This document shows positions 1-10,400 of a stretch of DNA of 64,000 bases, in pieces (the first letter of the stretch is position 1; every line of letters begins with the position of its first letter). A model generated the notes under the pieces. The model did not search any database, was not told the DNA's origin, and worked only from the letters and a program-made list of their open reading frames with translations. Both the position numbers and the translations under genes were made by a program. The stretch is from the IMG/VR virus record IMGVR_UViG_3300027985_000843, positions 124,001 through 188,000 of that record, one strand, 5' to 3'.

Positions 1-2953
1 AGAAGAGGGCCTCTCGAATCTTGCGGGACTCGTCTGCGTAGCCCATCTTCGCCAGAGGGATGACTTGGAAGTCGACCCCCGTGGTCGAGTCGATCGCATT
101 GATGAGGTCCGACTGCGCGGACCCTTGCCCAACAAGCTTCTGATTCAGCTCCGTCGAAACATTGGTACGGACGATCGGATCGGTTGTGTCCTTTTTCGCT
201 CCCGCCTTGAGCTGGATGGTTGTCTCTAGGTCGATGGCATTCAAGACGGCCTGTTTCGCGAGAACGTCTGCCGTCACGTGCCGCTGCTTGTTGAGAGCCC
301 GCTGGAACTCCTGAAGCAAGTCGTTGATCACGTAGGTCACGGCGAAATTCTCGTCATGGCTGTAGTCCACACTCACCGTCTGACCACTGAGGATGGCCGA
401 GGTGGTCGTGCGGACGACGGCCGCCGGAGTTGTTGCGGTGCCCTCGATGATCTCGAAGTCGGGGGCCACAGTGCTCGGGCCGTCGTATTCGATGGTCCGG
501 TCTTCCGAAAAGACTCGAAGCGTCGCTGTGTTGATGCCGATGGCTGCGAGCTTCTCCGAGAAGAAGCCGATCATGACATGCGTCTCATTGTTGACCGTGA
601 GAACATCGCCCGACGGCACACCTCCCACCTGGTTGATGGAGATGTAGTCCTGGGCGATGGTGCTCTCGCCATTCCACAGAGGATCCTCCGTCTTGTACAG
701 GTCGTAGCCCGCCGTGGAAGACAGAGTCCCAGACACCTCCCCGACAACCGACGTGACCCGCCGAACCGGCTGCAAGGTCGGGATGAACTTGTTCACACTG
801 CGATATCTCACGTCCGCGTGAATGACGTTGTCGATGGCAGTAACGAACGACTGAATGCTCACATCCAGCTGGAACGTCTGGTAGTCGAGGAGAACCACGC
901 CAGCCAAGTCGTAGTCGAGCCCCTGCGTCACGTTTCGGACCCCGAGTCCCTGGGCGATGTTGTCGAGAATCTCCACCAGCGGCGTGTCGACCGTTACCCG
1001 AGGATCAGTCACGCGGAAGATCAGGTTGACTGCATCCACGATCTGGCATTGCGTATCTCTCAGGACCTCGAAGGTGAAGGCAAACGTCTCCGTGACGGTC
1101 CGCTCTCGAACACCTTGGATCCAAATGTCCACCTTGCCGCCGATGTGCTTGTCTCGAACCTCATCGTAGTCGCGCATCATGAGGTCGTCCCCGGACTTTA
1201 CGACCTTGGCCCGTACGATGCCCTGCTGCTCGGCTGCGGTGGCAGCATAGCCGCCTTCCGTGCCCGTATCGACCGAAACGAAGCCAAGCTGCGCCCGGAC
1301 TGCGAGATCGTGGTTGCTTTCACGGTCCGTACCGAAGACGGTGGCCTCGGTGTTCGTCACGTTCATGCTTCCAGTCGCGGAGGCCGACTGGAAACTCGTG
1401 ATGGCCCCCGCCGACACATTGCCGTTGGCTCCGGGGTTCTCCGCCGTGATGGTGACAATCAGCTCGTACCGCTGCGTGTCGAAGTTGTAGTAGGCGTCAG
1501 CGTCTGCTGCTGGCAACAGGTAGGTGCCGCTCACGAGGAAGCGGACGGTGCCTGTCGACACGATGGTGCCCGAGGCGATCGTGATGTCCCGCGCGGGGCG
1601 AGTGGTCGTATAGAACACGGCCTGCCCTGTGGCCGGGCGGCCCGCAAGACGAGTCCGCTGGAAATTGCCCGCGAGCTTCTCAAACTGCGTGTCGATCAGC
1701 TGCTGAACCGCGATGTCCGTCGCGAACCCTAGAGCCGCCTTGAGGGCTGACTTGTAGGAGGACGAGGCCACCGCATCGGACACCTCGTCGCCATTGGCGT
1801 CATCGATGGGCAACAGGGTGAGGAAGCTCTGCGACCTGTGGACGAAGTCGAGGATGAACCAGATGCGCTCGGCCTCCGAGGCGAACGGATCAATCGACAC
1901 GTCCCGAGTGGTCGACCCGGGGAGCAAGCTGATCTCCTCGTTGACCCGCTTGATAGCGTCGAGGAAGTTGAGTGTCACCTGAAGCTGGGTCCGATCCGGA
2001 AGGTCCCGGATGGTCGTGTCGATGATGAGAGGCTTGCCCAGGATCTCCTGGCTGTACGGCGTCTCAAACTCCATCCTCTGCGTCGCGTCGTAGTAGACAC
2101 TGGTCACGACGTAGTAGAGGGGATCCTTGTCGTCCACGTCCGCGAACTGGTCGGAGTTGATAATCCCCGTCCCGCCGGCACGATTGTGGCGGAAATAGAG
2201 GTACTCCGTCCGATCCACCTCTTGCAGGTTGTAGCTCACCTGAAGGGTGTCGGCGTACCCAAACACGTCCAGTGAGTCGTCCACCAGCACGTTCTCGGTG
2301 ACGCCGAACGGGTCCTCTTCCGTGATCAACACATGGACGTTCGTCGAGGTCGTGGTGAAGGGCACGGCACTCGATGCAATGTCCACCAGCTCCTCATCGT
2401 AGTAGACGGACACCTCCGTCACCGGCGTCGCGTTGACCTTGAAGTAACCGGTCGTGCCACCAGGAGAAGTAGACGCGTAGAAGTTGAAGCCCCGGAACTC
2501 GAAGTCGCTTTCCTCAAGGCCCGTTGTGGCATTCGTCGCGACCACCGGCCGGGCCGCCATGACGTCGACGGAGTTGCGCCTACGGCGGAGCTTGATGCCA
2601 CTCGGGATGTCGACGGCCTGAACGACCTCCTCGACTCGGGTCACCTGGGCAGTAGCCGTGGGGCTGAGACTGCCCACCAGGTCGATTCCCCGAACCTGGA
2701 TGGTGTTGAGCCCGATCGACAGAGGGTAGCCGTCAGGATACGAAGACGGGTTGGGGAAGGTCCAGGTAGTGCCGTCGAGGTACACAAGGGTGGGGTCCGA
2801 GACGAAGGTCCCACCATCGAGGGCCACCTGAAGGTCCACGATGTTCGTGTCCATCGTCCCCGTCAACGTGATGTACCCAAGGTTCGTACTGAAGACGATG
2901 TCTTGAGCTGAGCCAGAACCGTCCCTGTAATTGATCTGCGGAGCTGTGGTCAT
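1..2953 (-). CDS. Baseplate J-like (wedge) protein, >980 aa, runs off the left edge
   Basis: Absent from the ORF track because it has no stop in the window. Hand translation from ATG 2953 (MTTAPQINYRDGSG) stays open in the parts read at both ends. It contains baseplate-J-like motifs PGSTTRD, LAGNF..TR..GRPATG, ITAENPGANGNV..GAI, VTNTEAT.FGTD.ES and GGKVDIW, and follows the gp25-like gene. Confidence 0.85.
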   Translation of the reverse strand, partial: MTTAPQINYRDGSGSAQDIVFSTNLGYITLTGTMDTNIVDLQVALDGGTFVSDPTLVYLDGTTWTFPNPSSYPDGYPLSIGLNTIQVRGIDLVGSLSPTATAQVTRVEEVVQAVDIPSGIKLRRRRNSVDVMAARPVVATNATTGLEESDFEFRGFNFYASTSPGGTTGYFKVNATPVTEVSVYYDEELVDIASSAVPFTTTSTNVHVLITEEDPFGVTENVLVDDSLDVFGYADTLQVSYNLQEVDRTEYLYFRHNRAGGTGIINSDQFADVDDKDPLYYVVTSVYYDATQRMEFETPYSQEILGKPLIIDTTIRDLPDRTQLQVTLNFLDAIKRVNEEISLLPGSTTRDVSIDPFASEAERIWFILDFVHRSQSFLTLLPIDDANGDEVSDAVASSSYKSALKAALGFATDIAVQQLIDTQFEKLAGNFQRTRLAGRPATGQAVFYTTTRPARDITIASGTIVSTGTVRFLVSGTYLLPAADADAYYNFDTQRYELIVTITAENPGANGNVSAGAITSFQSASATGSMNVTNTEATVFGTDRESNHDLAVRAQLGFVSVDTGTEGGYAATAAEQQGIVRAKVVKSGDDLMMRDYDEVRDKHIGGKVDIWIQGVRERTVTETFAFTFEVLRDTQCQIVDAVNLIFRVTDPRVTVDTPLVEILDNIAQGLGVRNVTQGLDYDLAGVVLLDYQTFQLDVSIQSFVTAIDNVIHADVRYRSVNKFIPTLQPVRRVTSVVGEVSGTLSSTAGYDLYKTEDPLWNGESTIAQDYISINQVGGVPSGDVLTVNNETHVMIGFFSEKLAAIGINTATLRVFSEDRTIEYDGPSTVAPDFEIIEGTATTPAAVVRTTTSAILSGQTVSVDYSHDENFAVTYVINDLLQEFQRALNKQRHVTADVLAKQAVLNAIDLETTIQLKAGAKKDTTDPIVRTNVSTELNQKLVGQGSAQSDLINAIDSTTGVDFQVIPLAKMGYADESRKIREALF

Positions 2954-2959
2954 CCTGCG

Positions 2960-4099
2960 TTACCCCATGAGCGTGTAATCCGAGAGGGACTGACGGAAGA
3001 CCCCCTGCTGTGCCGTTGCCCCAAGAAGATCAACGGGCTCGGGCACCTTGATGCCTCGCGAGATTTGGATAGGCTGCCTGGAACGGTTTTGGACGGTCGC
3101 GTCCACGAACATGACCGTCGGGTCTTGTTGACTCTGCGTCATCGAGATATTCAGCAATCGGAAAGGGTACTCCTCATCTGAGACGTACTGACCCACCTCT
3201 TGCTCCTGCTTACGCTTGATGGCCTGCCACCGACGAAACGACTCGCTGAGGTCCGCGACGATGAGGTTCTGCACGAGCCCGCTGCTGCTGATCTTCTTGC
3301 CTATCGTCTGCAAGAGATTCGATCCATACCACTCGTGGAAGGGATTGCTCCCTCTCACCGTGTAGACCATCTTGAGGACCTCTTGGATCAGCAGGGCCTC
3401 GTCTCGTACCTGGATGACTTCTCCCGTCGTGCCGTACACCCAATCATGCTCGACCCCGAGCCCACCACACCTACGGCACTCCTGCCTGATTGTGGTGTAG
3501 GTCAGCTCAACGAAGTCGTTGGCACCGCTTATGGGAGCGTCGAACACCACGAGGCGTGTCGGCCTGTCTCTGAGGGTGTTGGGGTCCCGCACGAGGCTCC
3601 AACCCGGCACGGTCGTCTGACCCCGCCACATGCGGTCGACCGAGAACCCCAAGGTGGTCGCAAGCGTGCTGGTCGACCGAATGAACAGAGACGATGCCAC
3701 CCCCTTCAAACCGGTGCGTATCCGAATGCGGCCGCGATTGGACACGAGGACCACAGCCTGACTGATGGCTTGGTTCAAATCGTAGGCTACCTGAGCAGCT
3801 GTGAGGCGATGCCCAGGCGTCGCGATAATGGTCTGCTCCTGCCCGTTGACCAGCACCACGAGCCTGTCGTTGACTCCAGGCACGATGTCGAAGGGGCCTC
3901 GACTCGAAGCAATGGCCTCGGCTGGAATCTTCGAGCCCTCAGACGGAACTGTCACAAGGCCGTTGACCCGTACCTTCATTGACTGGACGGCACCCACGGG
4001 GCGAAGGGGCCTCACCGTCACACGGTCGTCGCCAAAGAAGAGAGCCTCTTCCACCACCTGGTGAGAGCACACTTGATCGATCTTGCGGTCGTAGCTCAC
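2960..4099 (-). CDS. gp25/GPW-like sheath-initiator baseplate protein with N-terminal extension and CxxC
   Basis: 379 aa. C-terminal EVLKMVYTVRGSNPFHEWYGS..IG resembles gp25-family motifs. Contains CRRCGGLG. Adjacent to baseplate J. Confidence 0.7.
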   Translation of the reverse strand: MSYDRKIDQVCSHQVVEEALFFGDDRVTVRPLRPVGAVQSMKVRVNGLVTVPSEGSKIPAEAIASSRGPFDIVPGVNDRLVVLVNGQEQTIIATPGHRLTAAQVAYDLNQAISQAVVLVSNRGRIRIRTGLKGVASSLFIRSTSTLATTLGFSVDRMWRGQTTVPGWSLVRDPNTLRDRPTRLVVFDAPISGANDFVELTYTTIRQECRRCGGLGVEHDWVYGTTGEVIQVRDEALLIQEVLKMVYTVRGSNPFHEWYGSNLLQTIGKKISSSGLVQNLIVADLSESFRRWQAIKRKQEQEVGQYVSDEEYPFRLLNISMTQSQQDPTVMFVDATVQNRSRQPIQISRGIKVPEPVDLLGATAQQGVFRQSLSDYTLMG

Positions 4100-4866
4100 G
4101 TGTTCTGTCCTCCCTCACCCGGCTCATAGACCCCGGTGCCTTGCTTCTGGGGTGTCGTGACCACACGGGTTCCGCCCATGCCTGGGAACAGGGGCTCGTC
4201 GATGTCGTAAGCCGCGTGGTTCGCGTAGACGAGCTTGCCTTCCGGGTCCCGCTTGCCCTGATTCTGATCGTCGTAACAGGGGCGATAGTTGGGGTCTGAG
4301 AGGTATTCGTTGATCTGAGCCGCGATGTACTCCAGGGATCCCTCCGTGGACGCAGCAAGCTGCATCACCGTGAGGTTCTGCTTCTCCGCCCGAAGCTGGT
4401 CCGCGTAGTCCATGGCTCTGCGAATCTTCCTCTCCAGGCGAGAGAATCGGTATTGTACCGTCTCGTCCAGCCACCCCCGCATCTCATCCATCAGGACAGA
4501 GGTGGGGCCGTCTATGAGCCCCCTGCCGCCAATGGGCTCGCCACCGGAGGTGTACTGGGCTCCCGTCGCCTCGTTGCCCTGTACGAAGTAGAGCGGATCC
4601 GAGCCGGTGCGGAGGCGAAGATCGATGAAGGGGTTGCCTCCGAGGACCTCGTATGCTGCCAAGAGCTTCGCGAGATAAGAGTTGGACGGTCGGGCCGTGT
4701 ATCCTTGAGCCACGCCTCGGTCGAGCTTGAAGACAACCGTACCTATGCGAGCAATCTCCGCGTCGAGATGGTTCACACGGGCGTTGACGAGAGTCAGCTG
4801 GGATCGGGCGAACGTGACGAATCGCTCGAACTGGCTCTTGTTGAAGGTTCCTTTGAACTCAAACAT
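4096..4866 (-). CDS. Hypothetical helical/coiled-coil protein, probably virion-associated
   Basis: 256 aa, ATG start, GC3-biased codons, 4-nt overlap with the downstream gene; no family recognised. Confidence 0.8.
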   Translation of the reverse strand: MFEFKGTFNKSQFERFVTFARSQLTLVNARVNHLDAEIARIGTVVFKLDRGVAQGYTARPSNSYLAKLLAAYEVLGGNPFIDLRLRTGSDPLYFVQGNEATGAQYTSGGEPIGGRGLIDGPTSVLMDEMRGWLDETVQYRFSRLERKIRRAMDYADQLRAEKQNLTVMQLAASTEGSLEYIAAQINEYLSDPNYRPCYDDQNQGKRDPEGKLVYANHAAYDIDEPLFPGMGGTRVVTTPQKQGTGVYEPGEGGQNT

Positions 4867-4898
4867 CGCTCTACCTAGGGTTGCGCCTCAAATGATCC

Positions 4899-7139
4899 TC
4901 AAGTCCCGAAGATGATCTCGAAGGCATTCACGAAGGCGTCCACGTTGGGAGCCACGTAGGCCAAGCCGATGCCAGCCGAGTAGCCCGCCACCCCAGTGGG
5001 GGGCAGGTCGCCGCCGGCCGAGTCCAGGACCTGGGCCCAGGCGAAGGCCGTACCGTCAATGGCTCCTGAGTTCAGAAGGTAGGCCCCGACCTCCAACGAC
5101 TCAATGAAGTCCAGCAAGCTGATCAGGAACTCGATGAACTCCTCAAGGACTTCGATCTTCCGGATGAGCAAGTCAATGAAGTTCTTGATCTCCTGGATGA
5201 CCCCATTGAAGGCGTCGAGCAACGCCTGGATCTTGTCCAGCAGGTCATACAAGAAGCTACCCGACCAAGGGATGATGTCGCGCAGGGGAACGATGCTGAT
5301 CCAGTCTGGGGGGACCCCACCAAGGGTGAAGCTCTTGATGAAATTGATGACATCGAGGATGCTCAGCCGGTACGTGACGTTGGTGTAGCCCTCGACGTAC
5401 GCCTGGACCGATTCGAAGGTCGCCCGTGTTTCCACGTCGATGTAGGAGTCGGGGACAACGTAGTCTTCCGTCTCCGTGGCCTGGAAGACGACTTCCTCCA
5501 GTGTCGTGAAGCCGGACAGGTGCACAACGTTGATCTGTCCTCTTGGAAGAGAACGCATGAGGTCGCGGAAGGTCGTGATGGCCCCGCCCCCGACCTGAAG
5601 CATTGCAGTTCCGACAGCGTCCGCAAGCTGAGCCGACCTCCTACGAACGCCGAAGGTCGTCCAGGGCATCTCAGGGTAGGCCCCAGAGATCTCGTCCGGC
5701 TGGTAGCTCGTGCCCAGAGCTTCCAAGTCCTTGAGGGCACCCAGAAGAGGGAGAGACGGCAGACCGGCCAAGATACCAGACACGCGCGTCAAGCTTCCCT
5801 TGCCCACAGCCGAGTTGGGTGTGGAGTCGTCGAAGGGGGAGCCGTCCTGCTTGAACGAGTAGATGACCTTGCCGTCCTCGTCCACTGGTAGTTCCTCATG
5901 GAAGTCGAGGGAGAAGGCCACCTCGAACAACGCCTTGAGGTTCTCGATGACGTCGAAGTCCCCAACGTCTACCGGGATGCGCGTCTTGAGGATGGGCGTC
6001 GGGAAGCCCATCGACACAAGGTCCGTCACGCTCGAAGACGTCGAGGGCCAGAACATGACGGGGATGGTCGTATTGTTGCCGTACTTGGGAACCTGCAACG
6101 CATCGACAGAGGTCGGGAAGTTGATCTGCCCGGTTGAGTCATCGTAGTCGAGGTCGCCTATGAAGGCCCGCACCTGATAGTAGTAGTCCTCATCGGCCAC
6201 GACATTCTGATCGATGAAACGGTACTTGCCGGTCAAGCCAACGAGCTGCGTCCCGATGGGCGCCACGAGGTAGCTCTCGAACTTGATGACAGGCTCGCCG
6301 CTATCGTCACGCAAGACCTCCCTCCGAGTCACCCGGCGACCGTCTGACGACCGAAGGTCCGTCTCCCGGTCATACTCGACGATGCCCACGGCACCGGGAG
6401 TATTCAGCTCCGAGATATCGATCTTCCGAGCCGCCGGGTTGATGGTTGAGCGTCCGATCAAAAAACTCGGTGGCACCAACTCTCGGTAGACCTTCTGGAC
6501 GACATCGGAGAAGCCTGGGTCCGCGCTCTCTTGTGTGGTGGGAGGCGTCCACTGAAGTTGGATGGACTCGATAGGACCGGAGGTGAACACCTTCGCGGCC
6601 GCCAGAATGGGGTCACCGTCAGCTCCGACAGGCAGCACCTTGAAGTTGTTCGGAGCCAGGTACTGAGGCTTGTCCAAGCCCTTCCCAAAGAAGGCCAGCA
6701 ACCGGATGATGCGTTGGATGAGCTGCCACGGGCTTGTGGCATCCACCATGAGGATGACGAAGCCGCCACGATTCGATCCCCGGGGCTGCGGGCGGTTGAA
6801 GTCCTTGGTGTCAAACAAGCTCGCCTTGAACCGATCGACGAAGGCCGGATAGCCACCTCGAATCCAGTCGAGGTTGGGATCGTCGAGAGGGTTGGGTACA
6901 TCGATGTACATGAAGAAGCCGCTCTGCTTGAGAGCCAGGAACAGCTCTTCGATGAGCTTGATCAACGCCTCAACAAGGGCCCGGATGGGGTTGCCAAAGT
7001 CGATCAGGAACAGCTTGATCGTTTCCAGGATGGCCTTGAGGACTTCCAGGTAGACCAGGAGCGTCTCTAGGACGCTCCTGACGGGCTCCATGAAGTCCTT
7101 GCCAGGGACTTGTACGGTGAAGGACTTCCAGTCAGCCAT
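4899..7139 (-). CDS. Hypothetical 746-aa protein with amphipathic helical N- and C-termini
   Basis: ATG preceded by GAGGTGA. Leu/Ile/Phe-rich amphipathic runs at both ends flank a beta-rich middle. Confidence 0.85.
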   Translation of the reverse strand: MADWKSFTVQVPGKDFMEPVRSVLETLLVYLEVLKAILETIKLFLIDFGNPIRALVEALIKLIEELFLALKQSGFFMYIDVPNPLDDPNLDWIRGGYPAFVDRFKASLFDTKDFNRPQPRGSNRGGFVILMVDATSPWQLIQRIIRLLAFFGKGLDKPQYLAPNNFKVLPVGADGDPILAAAKVFTSGPIESIQLQWTPPTTQESADPGFSDVVQKVYRELVPPSFLIGRSTINPAARKIDISELNTPGAVGIVEYDRETDLRSSDGRRVTRREVLRDDSGEPVIKFESYLVAPIGTQLVGLTGKYRFIDQNVVADEDYYYQVRAFIGDLDYDDSTGQINFPTSVDALQVPKYGNNTTIPVMFWPSTSSSVTDLVSMGFPTPILKTRIPVDVGDFDVIENLKALFEVAFSLDFHEELPVDEDGKVIYSFKQDGSPFDDSTPNSAVGKGSLTRVSGILAGLPSLPLLGALKDLEALGTSYQPDEISGAYPEMPWTTFGVRRRSAQLADAVGTAMLQVGGGAITTFRDLMRSLPRGQINVVHLSGFTTLEEVVFQATETEDYVVPDSYIDVETRATFESVQAYVEGYTNVTYRLSILDVINFIKSFTLGGVPPDWISIVPLRDIIPWSGSFLYDLLDKIQALLDAFNGVIQEIKNFIDLLIRKIEVLEEFIEFLISLLDFIESLEVGAYLLNSGAIDGTAFAWAQVLDSAGGDLPPTGVAGYSAGIGLAYVAPNVDAFVNAFEIIFGT

Positions 7140-7147
7140 GGGTCACC

Positions 7148-7423
7148 TCAGGAGCCGTATTGCAGCTTGCGAAGTCTCCGGCGATCCTTGTCGATCTGGT
7201 GTCTCGTTGCATCGATGGCCTTCCGGACAACGTCTGCCATACGCTCGTTGATGGGCAGGGTCTGCTTGAACTTCCATTGAGGACCAGCATCTACAGGTTC
7301 CTCAGCGTCAGGAGCTTGGTCAGCTGATTCAGCGTCTCCGCTGCTGCCGTCGCTCGGTAGTCCTGCGCCCTCTCCTTCTTCGGCAAGATGCCCGTCCTCA
7401 GGTTCGTCCTCGCGTCGATCCAT
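7148..7423 (-). CDS. Small protein (91 aa) whose 5' part overlaps the end of the 2004-aa gene
   Basis: The non-overlapping part (7148-7290) has host-like GC3 codons (WKFKQTLPINERMADVVRKAIDATR). ATG 7423 has GAGGT 4 nt upstream. The start is uncertain (alternative ATG 7240). Confidence 0.55.
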   Translation of the reverse strand: MDRREDEPEDGHLAEEGEGAGLPSDGSSGDAESADQAPDAEEPVDAGPQWKFKQTLPINERMADVVRKAIDATRHQIDKDRRRLRKLQYGS

Positions 7424-10400
7424 GTGTACCTCACGTCATAGAGGCGATCCCCCGACGACATCGCTGCCTCAAGAGTCGCAATATCCCCGGTGCCCGGGTC
7501 GCTCAGCTCGACGATGCGAGCCAGGATGCTGGCCTGTTGGTCGGCCAAGTCCGAATGTGTCGTGCGTCTCCCGAAGGCCGACGCGTCCCACTCCACGGTC
7601 ACTGCCGTCTGGAGAAGGGAGCGGAACGTCTGAAGCCCCGACAAGGCCGCGTCCGCGTGCAGGAGAGCCTGCATCACAGCAGACAGGGTCAGGATGGTCA
7701 CGCCGAAGGCGTCCACGATACGATAGGACACGCTCGGGTTCGTGGCGGGGAAGCCCCCGTCAATGTCGAGGGTTGTCGAGCTGGTGACCGAAGCGATCTT
7801 GTAGATGCCCGCCACGGTGCCCGTCCGGACGAAGACGAAGTGGGTCGAATCAACCCCCGAAGCCGTGAAGTCCACCGATAGGTCAGTCAGCGTCGGCGAG
7901 CCATTCGAGGTAAAGCCGTTCGAGGACACCAGCACATCGGTCAGTACATGCTCTAGGAACCTCTCTAAAGCCTCGATCTGGGCCCAAGGCTTCAGGGGTG
8001 GCGCGTTGGTCGAAAGGACCGCCTCCTGGGCGTCTAGCTCCGCTACGGCCCCATCCAAAAGACTGCCCGTCCCACCGTAGGTGAGAATCGAGTCATCCAC
8101 TCGGTACGACACCGCGCCTGTTGACGAGAAAGCTTCCACCAAAAGTTGCGTGGCCGAGTTGACCGCTGTGACCTGCCGCCTCTCCTGGAGAGCCGGCACC
8201 ACCACCGTGTGCCCCACCTGCACCCCGTTGACGAAGAAGTTGCCGGCCGGATCATCGAGCTGCGTCGTGGTCGTGAGCGTGCCCGCTGAAGACACCAAGG
8301 CAGTGGTTGCAGTCACAACGAAACTGAACCCCGTGTCCTGTAGCGCGAACGGCGTGCTGACCGTGATGTCGCTCACCCCCACCACCGTGATCCGATGGTA
8401 GGAGGTCGGGCCGTTGAGCCCGTTCAAGATTGCCACGAGGTCCCCAGTCCGGGGGGTCGGCACGCCCCACGCCCCGCCAGTGTTCGTGACGATGGTCCTG
8501 GTGACGTCCAAGTCGCCGGTCCCAGCCAAAGCATCTGAAGTTGCCGCTTGGATGGCCGTCAGCTCCGAAGACTGCCGGGTCAGGATACCGATGTCTGGAG
8601 TCACCGACCCGTTCACTGTCTTGCTGAGGCCAAGCTCGGATTCCGGGTCCGGCGTCAGCAACGGAAACTGTCGATTGCCGTCATCGTCGGCCGTGCCACC
8701 GTCAAGGGCCGGGAACCGGTAAGGGCTCGTGATGGTGTTGAACAGGTAGGTGTTGATGTCGATGAACTCTCCCTCTCCTGGAGCCTGAATCTCCAGCTCC
8801 GCCGGGATGGCCGGAAAGCTCCCGTCGAACGGGGGATAGGGCTTGATGTACGTGAGCACGCCGTCGGTCTGATTCACCCCTACGTCGAACCCCACCCGGT
8901 ACGTGTGCAGGAAGGGGCTTGCAGGCGAAGGGGAGAACGTCGCATCATAGTTCGGGATGTGGTAGACCGTCGCCCCCACAGGGATAGTCGTAGGCACAGG
9001 TCCTGAAAGGGTGAGGCTGCTGATTGTCTTCGAGGACAGATTGAGAGCCGGCCCCATGTTGGGCGGGTTGCCGTTGGGGACGATCCACGCGCCGTCACGA
9101 TCTCTGATGACCACGATGGAGTCGGTGGAGGCCGTGTCAGGCCAGGCCGGCCGAAGCAAGTCCTCTTCCTCTTGCGTCGAGTCCACCTGAATGGTTGTCG
9201 AGCCCGCAGGAGCTTCTTGTGTCACGATGGACCACGGAAGCCGGCGGGCCACGCTCTGTACCGAGCTAAGGTTGGTGAACCCTGTCTCGGCAATCGTGTC
9301 CCCTGTCTCTACCCCAGAGACGGCTGGACTGAACAGCCGCCGGTAGGTGGGGTAGAACCGGCTGTAGACCGCCGCCTTGTACGCCTCTCGGTAGGTCCCG
9401 AGCCATGTGTATGCGAACGGGTTGAGCGAAAACTGGAGAGGGGGATCCGCAATCCTCAGAAGGTCATCGATCTGGTTGGTGACCTCGGCGAAGGTGGCCC
9501 TGTCGGGGTTGGTGATGAGCCCGTCGAACAAGAACCGGCCGTCATGGTCGCCGATGACTCGCCCGTCCATTTCCTGGAGGGCGTCTTCGAGGTAGTTGAT
9601 TCCATCATTGAAGTATTTCAGCGTCGGACGAGCCACTTCGTCTTCGTTGTAGAGCCGACCTTCAGTGTAGAAGATAGATTCCCGCCCCTGCTCGTAGAGC
9701 TGGAGTTGGCTCATGTTCTCCAGTCGCGGACCGGCCGTCGGGATGGTCGCTTGAGCGTCTTCTTCGTACTGCTCGACCAACTCCCCTCGGAAGTTGGTGA
9801 ACGTCTCGACCCGGAAGTAGAACGTGTCGGGCAGGTAGGTGGTGTAGTCCGCTTTCAGCAGCTGCCCATTGAGGCCATTGCTGTCTGTCGGGACAATAGA
9901 ATGTGTATAGGAGGCTCGTACCCGCCGACCCGCTTCGATGAGGTTCGTACCTGTGTACAGGACGGCGACCTCTTCCAACTCTTGAAGGGGCGTCGTGAGC
10001 ACGATCTTGCCGCTGTCGTCGATGCTGTAGTCGTCCGGCTGACTGAGAATCACGCCTGCCTGCCCCTCGATCCTTCGGTAGACGAGGAAGGGCTCGCTCA
10101 ACACCGGGCTGTTCGATGTCGTGGCAGTGGTTGCCGACCCGTCGAGGATGGGCCGCTTGGAATACTTGAGCGTAACCGATCCACCGTCGTACTGAGAGAT
10201 ACCATTCGACGTGAGCACGACCTCCGTTCGATTCAAGGTCGCGTCATAGACGGAGCCCGTCACCCGGTTGAAGTCAAGCAGAGTCCCGCCATCCGTGAAC
10301 AAGGTGATGGTACCCGACACGTACGTTCGCGTGACGTCTCCGGGAAGGTAGATGCGGTTCGCCCCTCTTGGGATCGTCGGCCACGAGGACAGCTCTGTGT

